Shown: positions 63,881 to 64,000 of the stretch, in pieces
Numbering within the stretch: the first letter of the stretch is position 1
Layout: each line of letters begins with the position of its first letter
NCBI RefSeq assembly: GCF_006345805.1
Contig: NC_043004.1
Span: 31,248,001 to 31,312,000, forward strand
DNA length: 64,000 nt
Reading direction: 5' to 3'
Source: Octopus sinensis
Lineage: Eukaryota
Translations under genes and position numbers: made by a program
The notes under the pieces: generated by a model
What the model was told of the DNA's origin: nothing
Database searches by the model: none
What the model saw: the letters and a program-made list of their open reading frames with translations, nothing else

Positions 63881-64000
63881 CAACCAGACCACATCTAGGA
63901 AATATGACAGGTTATTTAACAGATACACAATTAAATTTGCTTATTCAACCACCAGAAACTTGGTTGAAATTATAGCAACACATAATGCTAGTAAATTAAG

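Overview
AT-rich, microsatellite- and transposon-saturated eukaryotic DNA. The repeat repertoire points to an octopus (coleoid cephalopod) genome; this is inference, not a database match. It comprises tRNA-derived SINEs resembling the octopus OK/OR types, RTE LINE 3' ends with (GAT)n tails, KPYHCDICGK-type zinc-finger remnants and TTAA MITEs. No intact protein-coding gene could be assembled. Nearly all ORFs in the track are microsatellite artefacts or TE fragments. Recognisable content: four SINE families; RTE, CR1-like and Penelope-like retroelement fragments; Tc1, mariner, piggyBac and Helitron DNA transposons and MITEs; a decayed C2H2 zinc-finger array; an RPS27 retrocopy fragment; and a CpG-rich putative promoter/first exon near 29.2-29.3 kb. 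Two themes are not explained by the ORF track. (1) There are six hammerhead-ribozyme-like motifs of several sequence families, including a ~307-bp tandem pair resembling a retrozyme or Penelope pLTR array. (2) There are six near-perfect fold-back inverted duplications (arms 21-183 bp) at or near TE ends or breakpoints. All coordinates and alignments were done by eye; TE ends are approximate unless a TSD/TIR is quoted.
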